Origin: an uncultured virus (IMG/VR IMGVR_UViG_3300010233_002389)
Lineage: Duplodnaviria > Heunggongvirae > Uroviricota > Caudoviricetes
Virus record (IMG/VR): IMGVR_UViG_3300010233_002389
Strand: one strand, 5' to 3'
DNA: 64,000 bases
Shown here: positions 53,481-63,467 of the stretch, one piece after another
How positions within the stretch are numbered: the first letter of the stretch is position 1
How the letters are laid out: each line of letters begins with the position of its first letter
Program-made: the position numbers and the translations under genes
Notes under the pieces: generated by a model
The model's database searches: none
The model's input: only the letters and a program-made list of their open reading frames with translations
What the model was told of the DNA's origin: nothing

Positions 53481-54301
53481 ATGGCAAAGAAAAAGGCAGT
53501 CCCAGCAGCTCAGAAAAAGAAAGTTACCGTAAGTAAAGTAGCAAAAAAAGTAACTCCAAAGAAAAAGTCCACAAAGCAAACAAAGATTACTAAAACTATG
53601 TTGCTTTCGTACTTGATAAGTCCGGCTCAATGGATAGCGTTAGAACAGAAACTATTTCTGCATTCAATGAGCAGGTTGATAAAATCTGTAAAGATTCTGT
53701 AGGAATCAAAACTAATGTTTCATTAGTTGTATTTAATGATAAAGTTGAAACCGTATTTCATAATGAACCAGTAAAAACATTAACTAAGCTTACACCTGCT
53801 ACATACACTCCATCAGGCTATACTGCAATGTATGATGCTGTAGGTGATACTCTTGATAAACTAGAAGCTTTGAAAGATGTAAATAAGGACAACGTAGCAT
53901 TTTTAGTTCTTGTTATTAGTGACGGCGCAGAGAATGCTTCAAGACGTCATAGCCAAAGATCTGTTGCAGAAAGAATTCAAAAGCTTTCGAATACAAATCG
54001 CTGGACATTTAGCTATCTAGGTGCTAATCAAGATATGTCAGCTATTGCTATCGACTTGAATATTCCAATTCAAAACACTGCTTCTTTCTCTGCTACCAAG
54101 CATGGTTTGGCAGTAGCAAGCGCAACTACAAGCTGCGCAATTGGAAGTTATTACGGCGTCCTCAATGCGGGCGGTTCAATGACAAGAGGATTTTATAGTG
54201 GCGGACCAGTTGCAGTTCCTCCTCCACCACAAGACCCTGTTGCAACACCTCCAGATCCAAAGGATCCAACTAGCAACACAACAGGTTCAACAGTAAAGTA
54301 A
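53481..54301 (+). CDS. vWA-domain protein with Lys-rich N-terminus, frameshifted near 53592
   Basis: AAGGA RBS at 53481; -1 frame reads NYVAFVLDKSGSM..., TAMYDAVG, ISDGAEN, WTFSYLGAN. Confidence 0.75.
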
Positions 54302-54342
54302 AAAGTATAAAAATATCTATATTTAGCTATATAGGTATTGAT

Positions 54343-54416
54343 GGTGCGTTAAGTTAGTGGTAAACTGGATCGCTGTCTACGATCATTCACGGGTTCGATT
54401 CCCGTACGTGCCGCCA
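54343..54416 (+). tRNA. tRNA-Asp(GTC)
   Basis: GGTGCGT/ACGTGCC+GCCA; GATCG-CTGTCTA-CGATC. Confidence 0.85.
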
Positions 54417-54477
54417 GGTCAAAGGATCTTGTAGTAGAGAATACTATGTAGATGTGAGCCGGTTCTTTGACCTCTAT

Positions 54478-54547
54478 AGAGTGCGTGCTGGGTACACGAG
54501 AATGCCTCCAAAACAATCTGCGCAGAGTTCGATTCTCTGGCACTCTG
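54478..54547 (+). tRNA. atypical tRNA-Trp(CCA)
   Basis: AGAGTGC/GCACTCT+G73; loop CTCCAAA; CAGAG-TTCGATT-CTCTG; shortened D region. Confidence 0.7.
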
Positions 54548-54975
54548 CAAAATAAAGAAAGACAAATATATCATGGTTACATTGGAAGAGTTAACTAAAA
54601 TATATGAAGACAGCGATGAAGAACGTCAAAAAAGAGAAGCCGATAAAATCATAGCCGAACTTGAAGCACAAATAAAGCTTTATGCCTCTCTAGGTATTAG
54701 GCGTCATCATGTTGTTGAACAAACAACAGTAGCTAGGGTTTATAAGCCATCTAAATTTTTGCCTTTTTTAAAATCTTTTTCTCATTATAAATTAGTAAAC
54801 AAACATCACCAAAGAATATGGGACCATTTAGTTTCACTTAATCTTAATCCGCAAATAGCATTTAAAAACAATTATTATGAGAGCAATTATTTTAATCGTT
54901 TATATAAAAACGGTAATTCATTATTCGCTCCAGCAATTGTAATTTATTGGTAATAAAGATATATAATATATACAC

Positions 54976-55058
54976 ACTAACGTGGTGGAATTGGCGAGAC
55001 ACAATTGACTTAGAATCAATCGCTTAAGTGCATGAGAGTTCGAATCTCTCCGTTAGTA
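54976..55058 (+). tRNA. tRNA-Leu(TAG)
   Basis: ACTAACG/CGTTAGT; ATTGA-CTTAGAA-TCAAT; long variable arm. Confidence 0.9.
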
Positions 55059-55074
55059 CTAGGAAATAAAGACA

Positions 55075-55536
55075 ATGGCAATTGTAGATAAAGACTTACT
55101 AAAAAAACTAAAGAAAGAAACAGGGCTTGGTATGAATGAATGCAAAGCTGCGCTTGAATCTTTAGATAACGATTATGACGGCGCCCTTCATGCCCTTGAA
55201 GAAAGAGCCCGAGAAAAAGCCGAGAAGCTTGCGGGTGCCGAAGCTTCCGAAGGAGTCATTGCTTCTTATGTTCACCATGACCGTAGAATCGGCTCTATGG
55301 TAGAGCTTAACTGTCAAACAGACTTCGCTGCTCGCTCAGAAGAATTTCTAGCATTTGCTGATGAACTTGCTTTGCAAATTGCGGCAACCAACCCTAAGGA
55401 TATTATAGAATTGCAAATGCAAGAGTCTATGTTCCAAAGCGGCAAAATAATTGAATATTGCAGAATTGAACTATCTGCTAAAATTAAAGAGAATGTAGTA
55501 ATAAAGAGAATTCATAGGTTTGCATTATCAGAATGA
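55075..55536 (+). CDS. tsf: elongation factor Ts (short form)
   Basis: LKKETGLGMNECKAAL, ASEGVIASYVH, VELNCQTDFAARS, LALQIAATNP, KIKENVVIKR. Confidence 0.9.
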   Translation: MAIVDKDLLKKLKKETGLGMNECKAALESLDNDYDGALHALEERAREKAEKLAGAEASEGVIASYVHHDRRIGSMVELNCQTDFAARSEEFLAFADELALQIAATNPKDIIELQMQESMFQSGKIIEYCRIELSAKIKENVVIKRIHRFALSE

Positions 55537-56054
55537 AATATACTAAGGAATTATTAGAAGAATTAGTAAAAGATTGTTTTTCGGTTCATCAGGTTATGAA
55601 AAAGCTTGGATTGAAACTTACAGGCGGATCGCATACTCATTTATCTTCCAGATTGAAAAAATATAATATAGATATTTCACATTTTACTGGTAATGCTACA
55701 AATAAAGGAATTAACCATAAGTGTGGTAATTTGCCTTTGCATAAAGATAAAATATTAGTTTTAGACAGATTGAATGGAAGGCGAGAATCTTCATTTAGAT
55801 TAAGAAGAGCAATGGTTCAGCACGGCATTCAAGAAAAATGTAAAAAATGCAAATTAGAATCACTATGGAATGGTAAGCCACTTAAACTACATATAGATCA
55901 TAAGAATGGAAATGGTTGTGATAATAGACCAAATAATTTAAGATTCTTATGCCCTAATTGTCATTCGCAAACAAGTAATTACGGCGCTTTGAATATAAAA
56001 AAAGTCAACGTGGTGGAACGGCAGACACAATTGGCTAAGAACCAATCGCTTTAA
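55533..56054 (+). CDS. HNH homing endonuclease overlapping tRNA-Leu(AAG)
   Basis: CKKC...HIDHKNGNGCDNRPNNLRFLCPNCHSQT. Confidence 0.9.
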   Translation: MKYTKELLEELVKDCFSVHQVMKKLGLKLTGGSHTHLSSRLKKYNIDISHFTGNATNKGINHKCGNLPLHKDKILVLDRLNGRRESSFRLRRAMVQHGIQEKCKKCKLESLWNGKPLKLHIDHKNGNGCDNRPNNLRFLCPNCHSQTSNYGALNIKKVNVVERQTQLAKNQSL

Positions 56055-56085
56055 CAGCATGAGAGTTCGAGTCTCTCCGTTGGCA
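56004..56085 (+). tRNA. tRNA-Leu(AAG)
   Basis: GTCAACG/CGTTGGC; ATTGG-CTAAGAA-CCAAT; close paralog of the Leu(TAG) gene. Confidence 0.9.
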
Positions 56086-56420
56086 CGAGTTAAATAATAT
56101 AATGAGAAATAAAATAAAGAGAACTCATCGCTCAAGCTTCAAGCCAGTTGGCACGGCAACCCTAGCTAGAGAAGACCTTCGTAGCAATAAGATTAAGGTC
56201 AAGGGGCGTCCCACAATAAAGAAAATATTAACTAAAGAGCTAGGTAAGGAAAAAGCCCAAGAGTTAATAGAAAGCTTTATAGACGACCTTCTAGATAAAT
56301 ATAAAGGCATTATGCCGTCTGGGTCATCTTCGACATATAGTAGTAGAAGCGATTTTGGCGGGCATAATTATAATTGTACTGCCTGTGGACATTGTGGATA
56401 TAATCATTTAGGATAATATT

Positions 56421-56505
56421 GCTGTGGTGGCGAAACTTGGAAGACGCGAAAGTCTCAAAAACTTTTGCCCTTTAGGGCGTGAGGGTTCGACTCCCTCCCG
56501 CAGCA
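56421..56505 (+). tRNA. tRNA-Leu(CAA)
   Basis: GCTGTGG/CCGCAGC; AAAGT-CTCAAAA-ACTTT; GCCC/GGGC variable arm. Confidence 0.9.
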
Positions 56506-56939
56506 CAATAGAAAGAAAGAAAAGACATTATGGTTTGTAGACACTCTGCTGATGACCCTAATTGTAGCTCTCACCGCAATTATATTGTAGACCCCTATAA
56601 ATATCCTAGCTCATTATCTTCCGAAACACCCGAAACACCTGATTCATCAAAATACACAATTGAAGACGCCAAGCGAATAGGCGCCCATCTTGTACTTAAA
56701 GTAAAATACCCCAATTGCTTTAATTGTTCTTATGAGGGCAATAAGATTATGGTATTTCTTAATGTTACCGAGATAGACGTTTTGAAGTGGAAAAAGATAG
56801 ACCCTCATTTCCGTGACCCAAAGCGTAAAGCCGTTAATGAAGCTCCTAGTCCAGCGGCTAGATTCCCTGGAAGTCCTGAAGGATGGTCAGACGCCCTTGC
56901 TTATGCTCAGGGTAAATGCTAATTTAATTACATACATGT

Positions 56940-57917
56940 ATGAAATCAGCTGACCCAATATTATCCTTAGCACATAAATACATGCTTTATTCATCCGCTG
57001 GCAAAAGAAACATCGATAAGCAAAAACTTAATAGCCTAAGAACATTTGATGAACGTGTTGAATGGTTGACTAATGAGGGTTTTGATGTACTTGGATTTGG
57101 TACAGGTAGACTTGTAGTTTTAGTTAACCAGCGCAAAGTTATTAAGCTAGCAATGAATGAAAAGGGCGTTGCTCAAAACGAAGCAGAATTTAATGTATTA
57201 AGTAAAAACAAAAGCGAATGGTTTCCTAAAGTTTTTGATAAAGCTCCTGATAATTCATGGATGGAAGTTGAATTAGTAAAGACATTAGAGTCTATGGACG
57301 CAGTATACAAGCGCCTAGGCACTGATAAATTAACTTTCGAATGTGTAATGGAAGTAACGGATAATATAAATGACAAGTCAGTTCAAACTGCCTTAGAAGA
57401 AAATTTAGTATTCTATGAAAATTGGATAAATAGCAGAATCCAAGAATCCGAAAAACTTACCGAAGACAGATTGGCGGAATATAAAAAAGAACTTGCTGAA
57501 CGCACTAACTTAAATCAAATTAGACAGGCACTAGCTAATCCAAAATTAATCAGCTTATTTCAGGCAATAAAAGACTTTGATATTCCCGCAAATGAATATA
57601 GAAAGGACCCATCACATTTTGGTGTCACTGGTGATGGCAGGTTAGTTATTACAGATGCCGGTTTAACTTCAGATGTGTTTAATAATCATTACTATAAATC
57701 ACCATTTCAACTTCATAATGAAAAAGAAAAGGACCATGATGATGAATATTACTCAAACATGAAACCTCCTTTTAAATATACACATGAATCAGACCCAACT
57801 TATGTAAGCAAAGATCCTAAAAATACTTTGCCTCCTCCAGACCCACAAGCCCCTGCGCCTCCCAAAACTACCCCTAAGCCAGTCAACAAAAATGATATAA
57901 TGTTTTTAAAACCATAA
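56940..57917 (+). CDS. protein-kinase-like fold protein
   Basis: LGFGTGRLV, VIKLA, QNEAE, HFG..DGRLVITDAG; catalytic loop is divergent. Confidence 0.6.
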   Translation: MKSADPILSLAHKYMLYSSAGKRNIDKQKLNSLRTFDERVEWLTNEGFDVLGFGTGRLVVLVNQRKVIKLAMNEKGVAQNEAEFNVLSKNKSEWFPKVFDKAPDNSWMEVELVKTLESMDAVYKRLGTDKLTFECVMEVTDNINDKSVQTALEENLVFYENWINSRIQESEKLTEDRLAEYKKELAERTNLNQIRQALANPKLISLFQAIKDFDIPANEYRKDPSHFGVTGDGRLVITDAGLTSDVFNNHYYKSPFQLHNEKEKDHDDEYYSNMKPPFKYTHESDPTYVSKDPKNTLPPPDPQAPAPPKTTPKPVNKNDIMFLKP

Positions 57918-58809
57918 AATGAATCAACACGATAGAAAATATATTTACTTGCCATTTGATATTTTTCCACCTACACTTGTCGAAGAAGAGCCTAAAGGTA
58001 TGCCCTTCGATATTAGTATTCCAGAAACGCCTGACTATATAGAACCAGCTCATCCTGATTTAGGTATAGAAATAATATTTTAAATGTCTAATGTAAAAAA
58101 TATAGAAGACGCTCGCAAAGAACGCGAGATGAAAAAAATATTGGACGCCATTATTGATGACCTAGGAGTCGATGCTGAACGCCTAGGGATTATGATTGCT
58201 GCTGCCCCTGATGACATCCGTGAAGCCGTCTCGGAAGCTATGGAACGTTATGAAATCTATAATGAACTAAAACAAATAAAGGCACAAGAAGACGAAGCCG
58301 AAGGAATCCCAGCTGACGCCTGTTATAATGGAGTTTGTCCAAAACACAATCAAAGTCATTGTGATGATGGTCCAATGTGTGCTCAAGGATGTATTTTTAG
58401 AATGGTACAAACGCCTCCAAGCGATCCCTTCCAAAAGCTTCCTTCACATGCCGAAGCCATTAGAATGCTTCAAAGATTGGGCGAGCTGAAGCCAGATGAT
58501 TTTGGAGCTTGGAATGGAACAGACTTTATATTTCATGAAAATGTAAAAGATCTATGGAAAGCATATATTGACTTATTGGTCGAGACTGGTAAGATAAATA
58601 ATTCAATATTTACACGAAGTGATGGAACTGAAGTTGAAGATTTTGGCGAAAAACAAAAACAAGCAAAGCGTGCACTAAAGGTACTAAAGAGATGAAGGGT
58701 TTACTACTTATTGTTATAGTTTTCTTGGGATGGGCATTGCTTAAGGTATTAAGCTTACCTACAATTCCAAATAATCGCGACGAGGAATAATACGATATAG
58801 ATAATACAT

Positions 58810-58883
58810 CCAGTACGATGGTCCGGTATGACCTGGAAACTCTGATAAAGTTTTCGTGACAAGTTCGACTCTTGTGTGCTGGA
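58810..58883 (+). tRNA. atypical tRNA-Ile(GAT)
   Basis: CCAGTAC/GTGCTGG+A73; GGAAACT-CTGATAA-AGTTTTC; ACAAG-TTCGACT-CTTGT. Confidence 0.75.
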
Positions 58884-59428
58884 CCCTAGAAAGACATCTT
58901 TAATGAAGCCATCCATAATAGTCAGAGGCGAAGAGTCTGAATCGGAGACTTATGCTGGTAAATTATTCCAATACCATGCTGAGTTTGATAAATACCTTCG
59001 AGATAATTTTTCGTCAGAATATGTTACAAAGATGGAAAATCTTAAAGGCTCAAGTTTACGGGAATATCTTATAACTATAAAAGAAGCAAAAGCCAAGACT
59101 GTAAAAAGAATCATATCCGCAACTCATTCCTGGGTACCAGAAATGAAAGATTTTTTTCGACATGGCAATTGGCATAGTGTTCCTTTTAGATGTAAAGTAT
59201 GTAAGTATGAAGCTGGCACATATGAATATGCGGATGAATTAACTACACCAATAAAAGTAGAAGATAATATTCCAACTCAAACTAAGCATGGAACTTTAAT
59301 TCATTTTACTTGTCAAGAAGTACAGAATAGAAGGTCTGATAGTAAAAAGCTTAGATATAAGAAATGTTGGACATGTGGCGTTTTTGGATGCCCTTGGTAC
59401 ATGATATAATAATACGGCATACTGATAC

Positions 59429-59501
59429 GGTTTCGTGATGTTAATGGCTAGCATGACTCTCTCTTAAAGAGCCTGAGTGAGTTCGAATCTCACCGGAACC
59501 A
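59429..59501 (+). tRNA. tRNA-Lys(CTT)
   Basis: GGTTTCG/CGGAACC; CTCT-CTCTTAA-AGAG; TTCGAAT. Confidence 0.85.
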
Positions 59502-59696
59502 CTGAAAGTAAGAAAATTATGGCAATAGGCGACAAATGGGGAAATATAAAGTGCCCCAAATGTAATAAGATTAAATTGCACGTCTGGCACTTCGCTATGG
59601 ATGATAGCTATAGTGATTCATCATCTGGTGGCGCGTGTAAAGCTTGCGGCTTTAAGCCAGATAAAACCGATTTAGGTAAGTATCTATCAAAAATCA

Positions 59697-60383
59697 ATGG
59701 ACGAAATTAAATTTAAAGAATACCAAGAGCGTTTTCGCACTGCCGCATCGCGTCATGATGGCAATTTAATCGAATTGCCTAATGGTGGAACTATATTTAC
59801 CAAGGGCAAAAGACACCGAGACCATCTCTCAATTATGAGCGGCGTTCATGGAGATGAGCGAAGCGGTCCATTAGCTCTATTAAGATGGTTAGAAGAAACT
59901 GAGCCTGGTAAACTAATCAATAAGTATACTACCTTATGGATTTGTCCACTCGTAAATGATGATGGCTGGGATAAAAAAAATAGACTACATAATGGTTTAG
60001 ACCTTAATCGTTCATTTACAAATGAATTGGCTCCAGAGTTTCTTAAGGTTATTATGGAAAGCCTTAACAACACCAACAATCCTTTAGGCAATAGATTTAG
60101 TACATTTTTTGATTTACATGAAGATGATGAAGTTAATGTTCCGTTCTTATTCCATTGTATAGAAAATAGTATACAGGATGTCCATACTATAGCAAAATTA
60201 TTAGATGCAAAGGTTGAGCTATGGTCAACTGAAGATAATAAGTGGGATGGCTCCAGCGAAACATATGTACGTAGTATAAAGTATAGTTGGGCTATGACGC
60301 TTGAAGCAACCCCATTCTGGGAACTAAATAAAAGAATTGATTGGTATATGAAATTTTTAAACTACTGTAGTCGTACTTGGTAA
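59697..60383 (+). CDS. M14 family metallopeptidase/deacylase (AstE/AspA-like)
   Basis: SGVHGDE, PLVN.DG, DLNRSF, DLHED, TLE. Confidence 0.85.
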   Translation: MDEIKFKEYQERFRTAASRHDGNLIELPNGGTIFTKGKRHRDHLSIMSGVHGDERSGPLALLRWLEETEPGKLINKYTTLWICPLVNDDGWDKKNRLHNGLDLNRSFTNELAPEFLKVIMESLNNTNNPLGNRFSTFFDLHEDDEVNVPFLFHCIENSIQDVHTIAKLLDAKVELWSTEDNKWDGSSETYVRSIKYSWAMTLEATPFWELNKRIDWYMKFLNYCSRTW

Positions 60384-61029
60384 CATGTCTAAAATAAGGC
60401 ATAAACCATAAAGACCATATGACAATTATAGAATTCGTGTGTGATATAATCCCGAAAAATACAAAACCTGAATATTGTATCAATGGCAAAGATGTAATTA
60501 TTCCAATGGAAGAATGTACATTTAGCTCTGCCGATGAATTCAAAGATATATTCAATAAGTTCTCATCTATACTCGAAGGTAGCATTACACAATACCCAAA
60601 GGTAGTTGTATTTATGGTAATTGAAACCCCTACAATATCATTTGCCAGCCATACTGTAAAAACTAAAGTAGGCTTCTATGCAAGTACGGATGAAGAGGCA
60701 TTTGAGGGGATGGAGCGAGTTGATGACAGCCGTTGTCCTAAAATTATACAAGAAAGTTTTAACAAATTATTATTTTTGACGAATTGAGATATTATGGAAA
60801 ATCCTGCTTATTGGACCGAACTTCATTGGAAAATTCATAGAGTTGGCTATGATATGGAACACACTTCACGTGCAAAAGAAATTACAAAAATCTTGCAAGA
60901 TGAAGGAATGCCTGGTACACTAGAAGAAGTAATACAACTCATACAGGCACATAATGATGAAATAGAAGAAGGTATATGTGGGCACTCATTGCCAGCAAAG
61001 ATAATTAATTATTATACAAAGTAAAATTT

Positions 61030-61122
61030 GGGACTGTAGCTTAGACGTAAAGCGCCTGTAAAACGATGTAGCCTCTTAGCAGAGGTTCGGAGATGAAGAA
61101 TCGACCCCTTCCAGTTCCACCA
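61030..61122 (+). tRNA. Ala-identity tRNA-like RNA with enlarged anticodon arm
   Basis: GGGACTG/CAGTTCC with G3:U70 and ACCA end; GCTT/AAGC D-stem; about 36-nt anticodon region with AGCCTC-TTAGCA-GAGGTT. Confidence 0.65.
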
Positions 61123-61124
61123 AT

Positions 61125-61409
61125 ATGCTATTAAATCAAATAGGCAAATCAGAAAACAAAATAGTTGTTTCAGGAGTATTCAAATTCTATGAAACTCATG
61201 GGCTTCCTTTATCAGATATTCTATTTGGCATAAATAATAAGAATGGTTTACCTGATTTTCTATCTTTCTATATAGAAGCTAGAAATGCTGGAATGAAACA
61301 TTCTAGAGTTCTAAGTATTTTAGAAGAAGGTCTAAATGATTCTACAGTTTATCCAAATGAAAGCATAACAATAATACTAGAAAGATTAAAGTCGTTGAAT
61401 GACAAATAA
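61125..61409 (+). CDS. small protein resembling the helical region of alanyl-tRNA synthetase
   Basis: GVFKFYETHGLPLSDI resembles AlaRS AFKLYDTYGFPLDL. Confidence 0.55.
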   Translation: MLLNQIGKSENKIVVSGVFKFYETHGLPLSDILFGINNKNGLPDFLSFYIEARNAGMKHSRVLSILEEGLNDSTVYPNESITIILERLKSLNDK

Positions 61410-61750
61410 ACTATTAGCGGCATTCATATCTATATTAATTGTTTATATAGCATTGTGGATTTTTTGTTTTTGGTATCGCCCATGGTTCGCATTTGCAACC
61501 ATTCCTGCTATATTTATACAATATTTTGTTTATAAATTATTATTGAATAAGATAACAAAGAAAAGTTTTTATTTATAAAAATGTTAAGCTTGCCCAAAAT
61601 AGTATTATATATTATGTTAATTGCTATAATGCAATTTATAGTTGTAACAGTTCTTCCAAAGCCAATAAATTTATTGGCAATTATGGCAGTTTTCTTTGGA
61701 CATTTATATTTATTCAGATACCTAATTGATAATACAAAATTACTACATAA

Positions 61751-62560
61751 ATGAAACATATACGTAATGTATTAATAATTCTCTTTTTTGCATTCGTAGC
61801 GTGCTTAGATCAAAATAATAAGATCGAGTCACAATCTATCATAGCAGAATCACCAATACTTGTATTAGACGAAATAGAAATCAACGAAAATAATTACCAA
61901 TGCCCTTATGATATGGTACTTGTTGATGGAGAATACTGCTCCAACCTAGATATGCAATGTGCTCATATGGGCGGACCCAAACATCACGTTTGTCAAGAAT
62001 TTGCTCAAACAAAATGTATGTCAAAAAAAACCAGACATATGAACTTCTGTATGGATAAATATGAATGGCCAAACGAGGAGGGTATTATTCCAGATGTAAT
62101 GTTTAGTTTTCTTGATTTAGATAAAATGTGCAAATCCATCGGCAAAAGACTTTGCGCCGATGTCGAATTTATAAAAGCGTGTGAAGGTCCAGAAAACAAG
62201 CCATACCCATATGGTTACGTAAGAAATGATTCAATTTGCAATATCGATAAGATACCCATTGAATGGGATCAAGAAAAAATCAAACACAAAGATTGGGATG
62301 AAGTCAAAAAAGTTGACCAAAGAGTACCAAGTGGATCGATGCCTTCTTGCGTTTCTGATTATGGTGTATATGATATAGTTGGAAATGTAGATGAGGAATA
62401 CCAAAATACAATAGGTGAAGGCACTCCTCATCCAAACGTTATGATGAGTGGACACTGGATGAGAGGCGCAAGAAATATGTGTCGAGGCAGGACGCTAGTG
62501 CATAATGAATGGTTTTACATATACGAAGCGGGCGGACGATGTTGTAAGGATCCACAATGA
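61751..62560 (+). CDS. FGE-sulfatase (SUMF1-like) domain lipoprotein
   Basis: lipobox FVAC; CPYDMVLVDG, FCMDKYEWPN, GKRLC, YPYG, GVYDIVGNVDE, GRCC. Confidence 0.85.
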   Translation: MKHIRNVLIILFFAFVACLDQNNKIESQSIIAESPILVLDEIEINENNYQCPYDMVLVDGEYCSNLDMQCAHMGGPKHHVCQEFAQTKCMSKKTRHMNFCMDKYEWPNEEGIIPDVMFSFLDLDKMCKSIGKRLCADVEFIKACEGPENKPYPYGYVRNDSICNIDKIPIEWDQEKIKHKDWDEVKKVDQRVPSGSMPSCVSDYGVYDIVGNVDEEYQNTIGEGTPHPNVMMSGHWMRGARNMCRGRTLVHNEWFYIYEAGGRCCKDPQ

Positions 62561-63227
62561 AATATTTAATTTTAGTTATGTTATTATGTTTGGCATGTAA
62601 CCCCGAAACACGTAAACAACGTAGAACACTAATTGGTCCTGATGGTTATCCAGCATTAGATATTTGTAATTTTTATGATGCCGCAGACTTTTGCCCAAAT
62701 GGATATGATGTCCTTGTCATAAAACATGAGTGTATGTTAATTAGATGTAAGACAAATAATCACAATTAAATGAAAATAGTAAGAAAAATCATAACAACAA
62801 AAGAAGAGGAAGAAGTAGTCGATGTATTGTGCAATAAGTGTGGTAAAACGTGCCGCAATCCAGGTGCCTATGAACAATCTCCTTATGGTTTGATAGAACA
62901 AACATATTCAGGCGGTTATGGGTCTACTCCATTAGATGACTGCACAAATTATACATTTTCAATTTGCGAGTCTTGTCTAAAAGATTTTTTTGACTCATTT
63001 ATAATCCCAGTCGAAATTAGCGAATATTAGCTAGTATGCATAATTTTATATGGTCTTTATGTACGACCAAGACCGTGAAGAGCTAAGGAAAGCAGCCGAT
63101 GCCATTTGGGAACTTGCAAAAAATACTCCAAGCAGTGACGTCGAAAATGTGCTAAAACAATTATCTACTGCATTACACCATTGCGCTGGCGGTCGTAAGT
63201 CTGGTATCATTCTTATAGACGAACTAA

Positions 63228-63461
63228 ATGAACCATAATTGGACAATTGAAATAATTTCAGATATGCCCAGTTTGCATACTTATAGGGATGATCGGCGAG
63301 ATATTTCTTTAAACATAAAATGTCATAATTGTGGATTTTATGTTAATGGAAAAGGAGATTTTCTTTCCGTTAAGGACGCAAAAAATTGGGCTAATGGATT
63401 ACCAAAAAGTTTTGAAGCTGAAAATTGTAACGAACATATAATGAAACAAATATTAAAATGA
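63228..63461 (+). CDS. HxW/CxxC tagged protein
   Basis: MNHNW, CHNCG, ends NCNEHIMKQILK. Confidence 0.75.
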   Translation: MNHNWTIEIISDMPSLHTYRDDRRDISLNIKCHNCGFYVNGKGDFLSVKDAKNWANGLPKSFEAENCNEHIMKQILK

Positions 63462-63467
63462 GGATAC

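Noticed and set aside
47631..59518. ORF-track starts at 47631, 50332, 58876 and 59477
   Set aside because: They begin inside tRNA genes; likely starts are 47655, 50386, 58903 and 59519
61030..61122. tmRNA
   Set aside because: Ala identity fits, but it has a paired D-stem, is only 93 nt and has no tag reading frame
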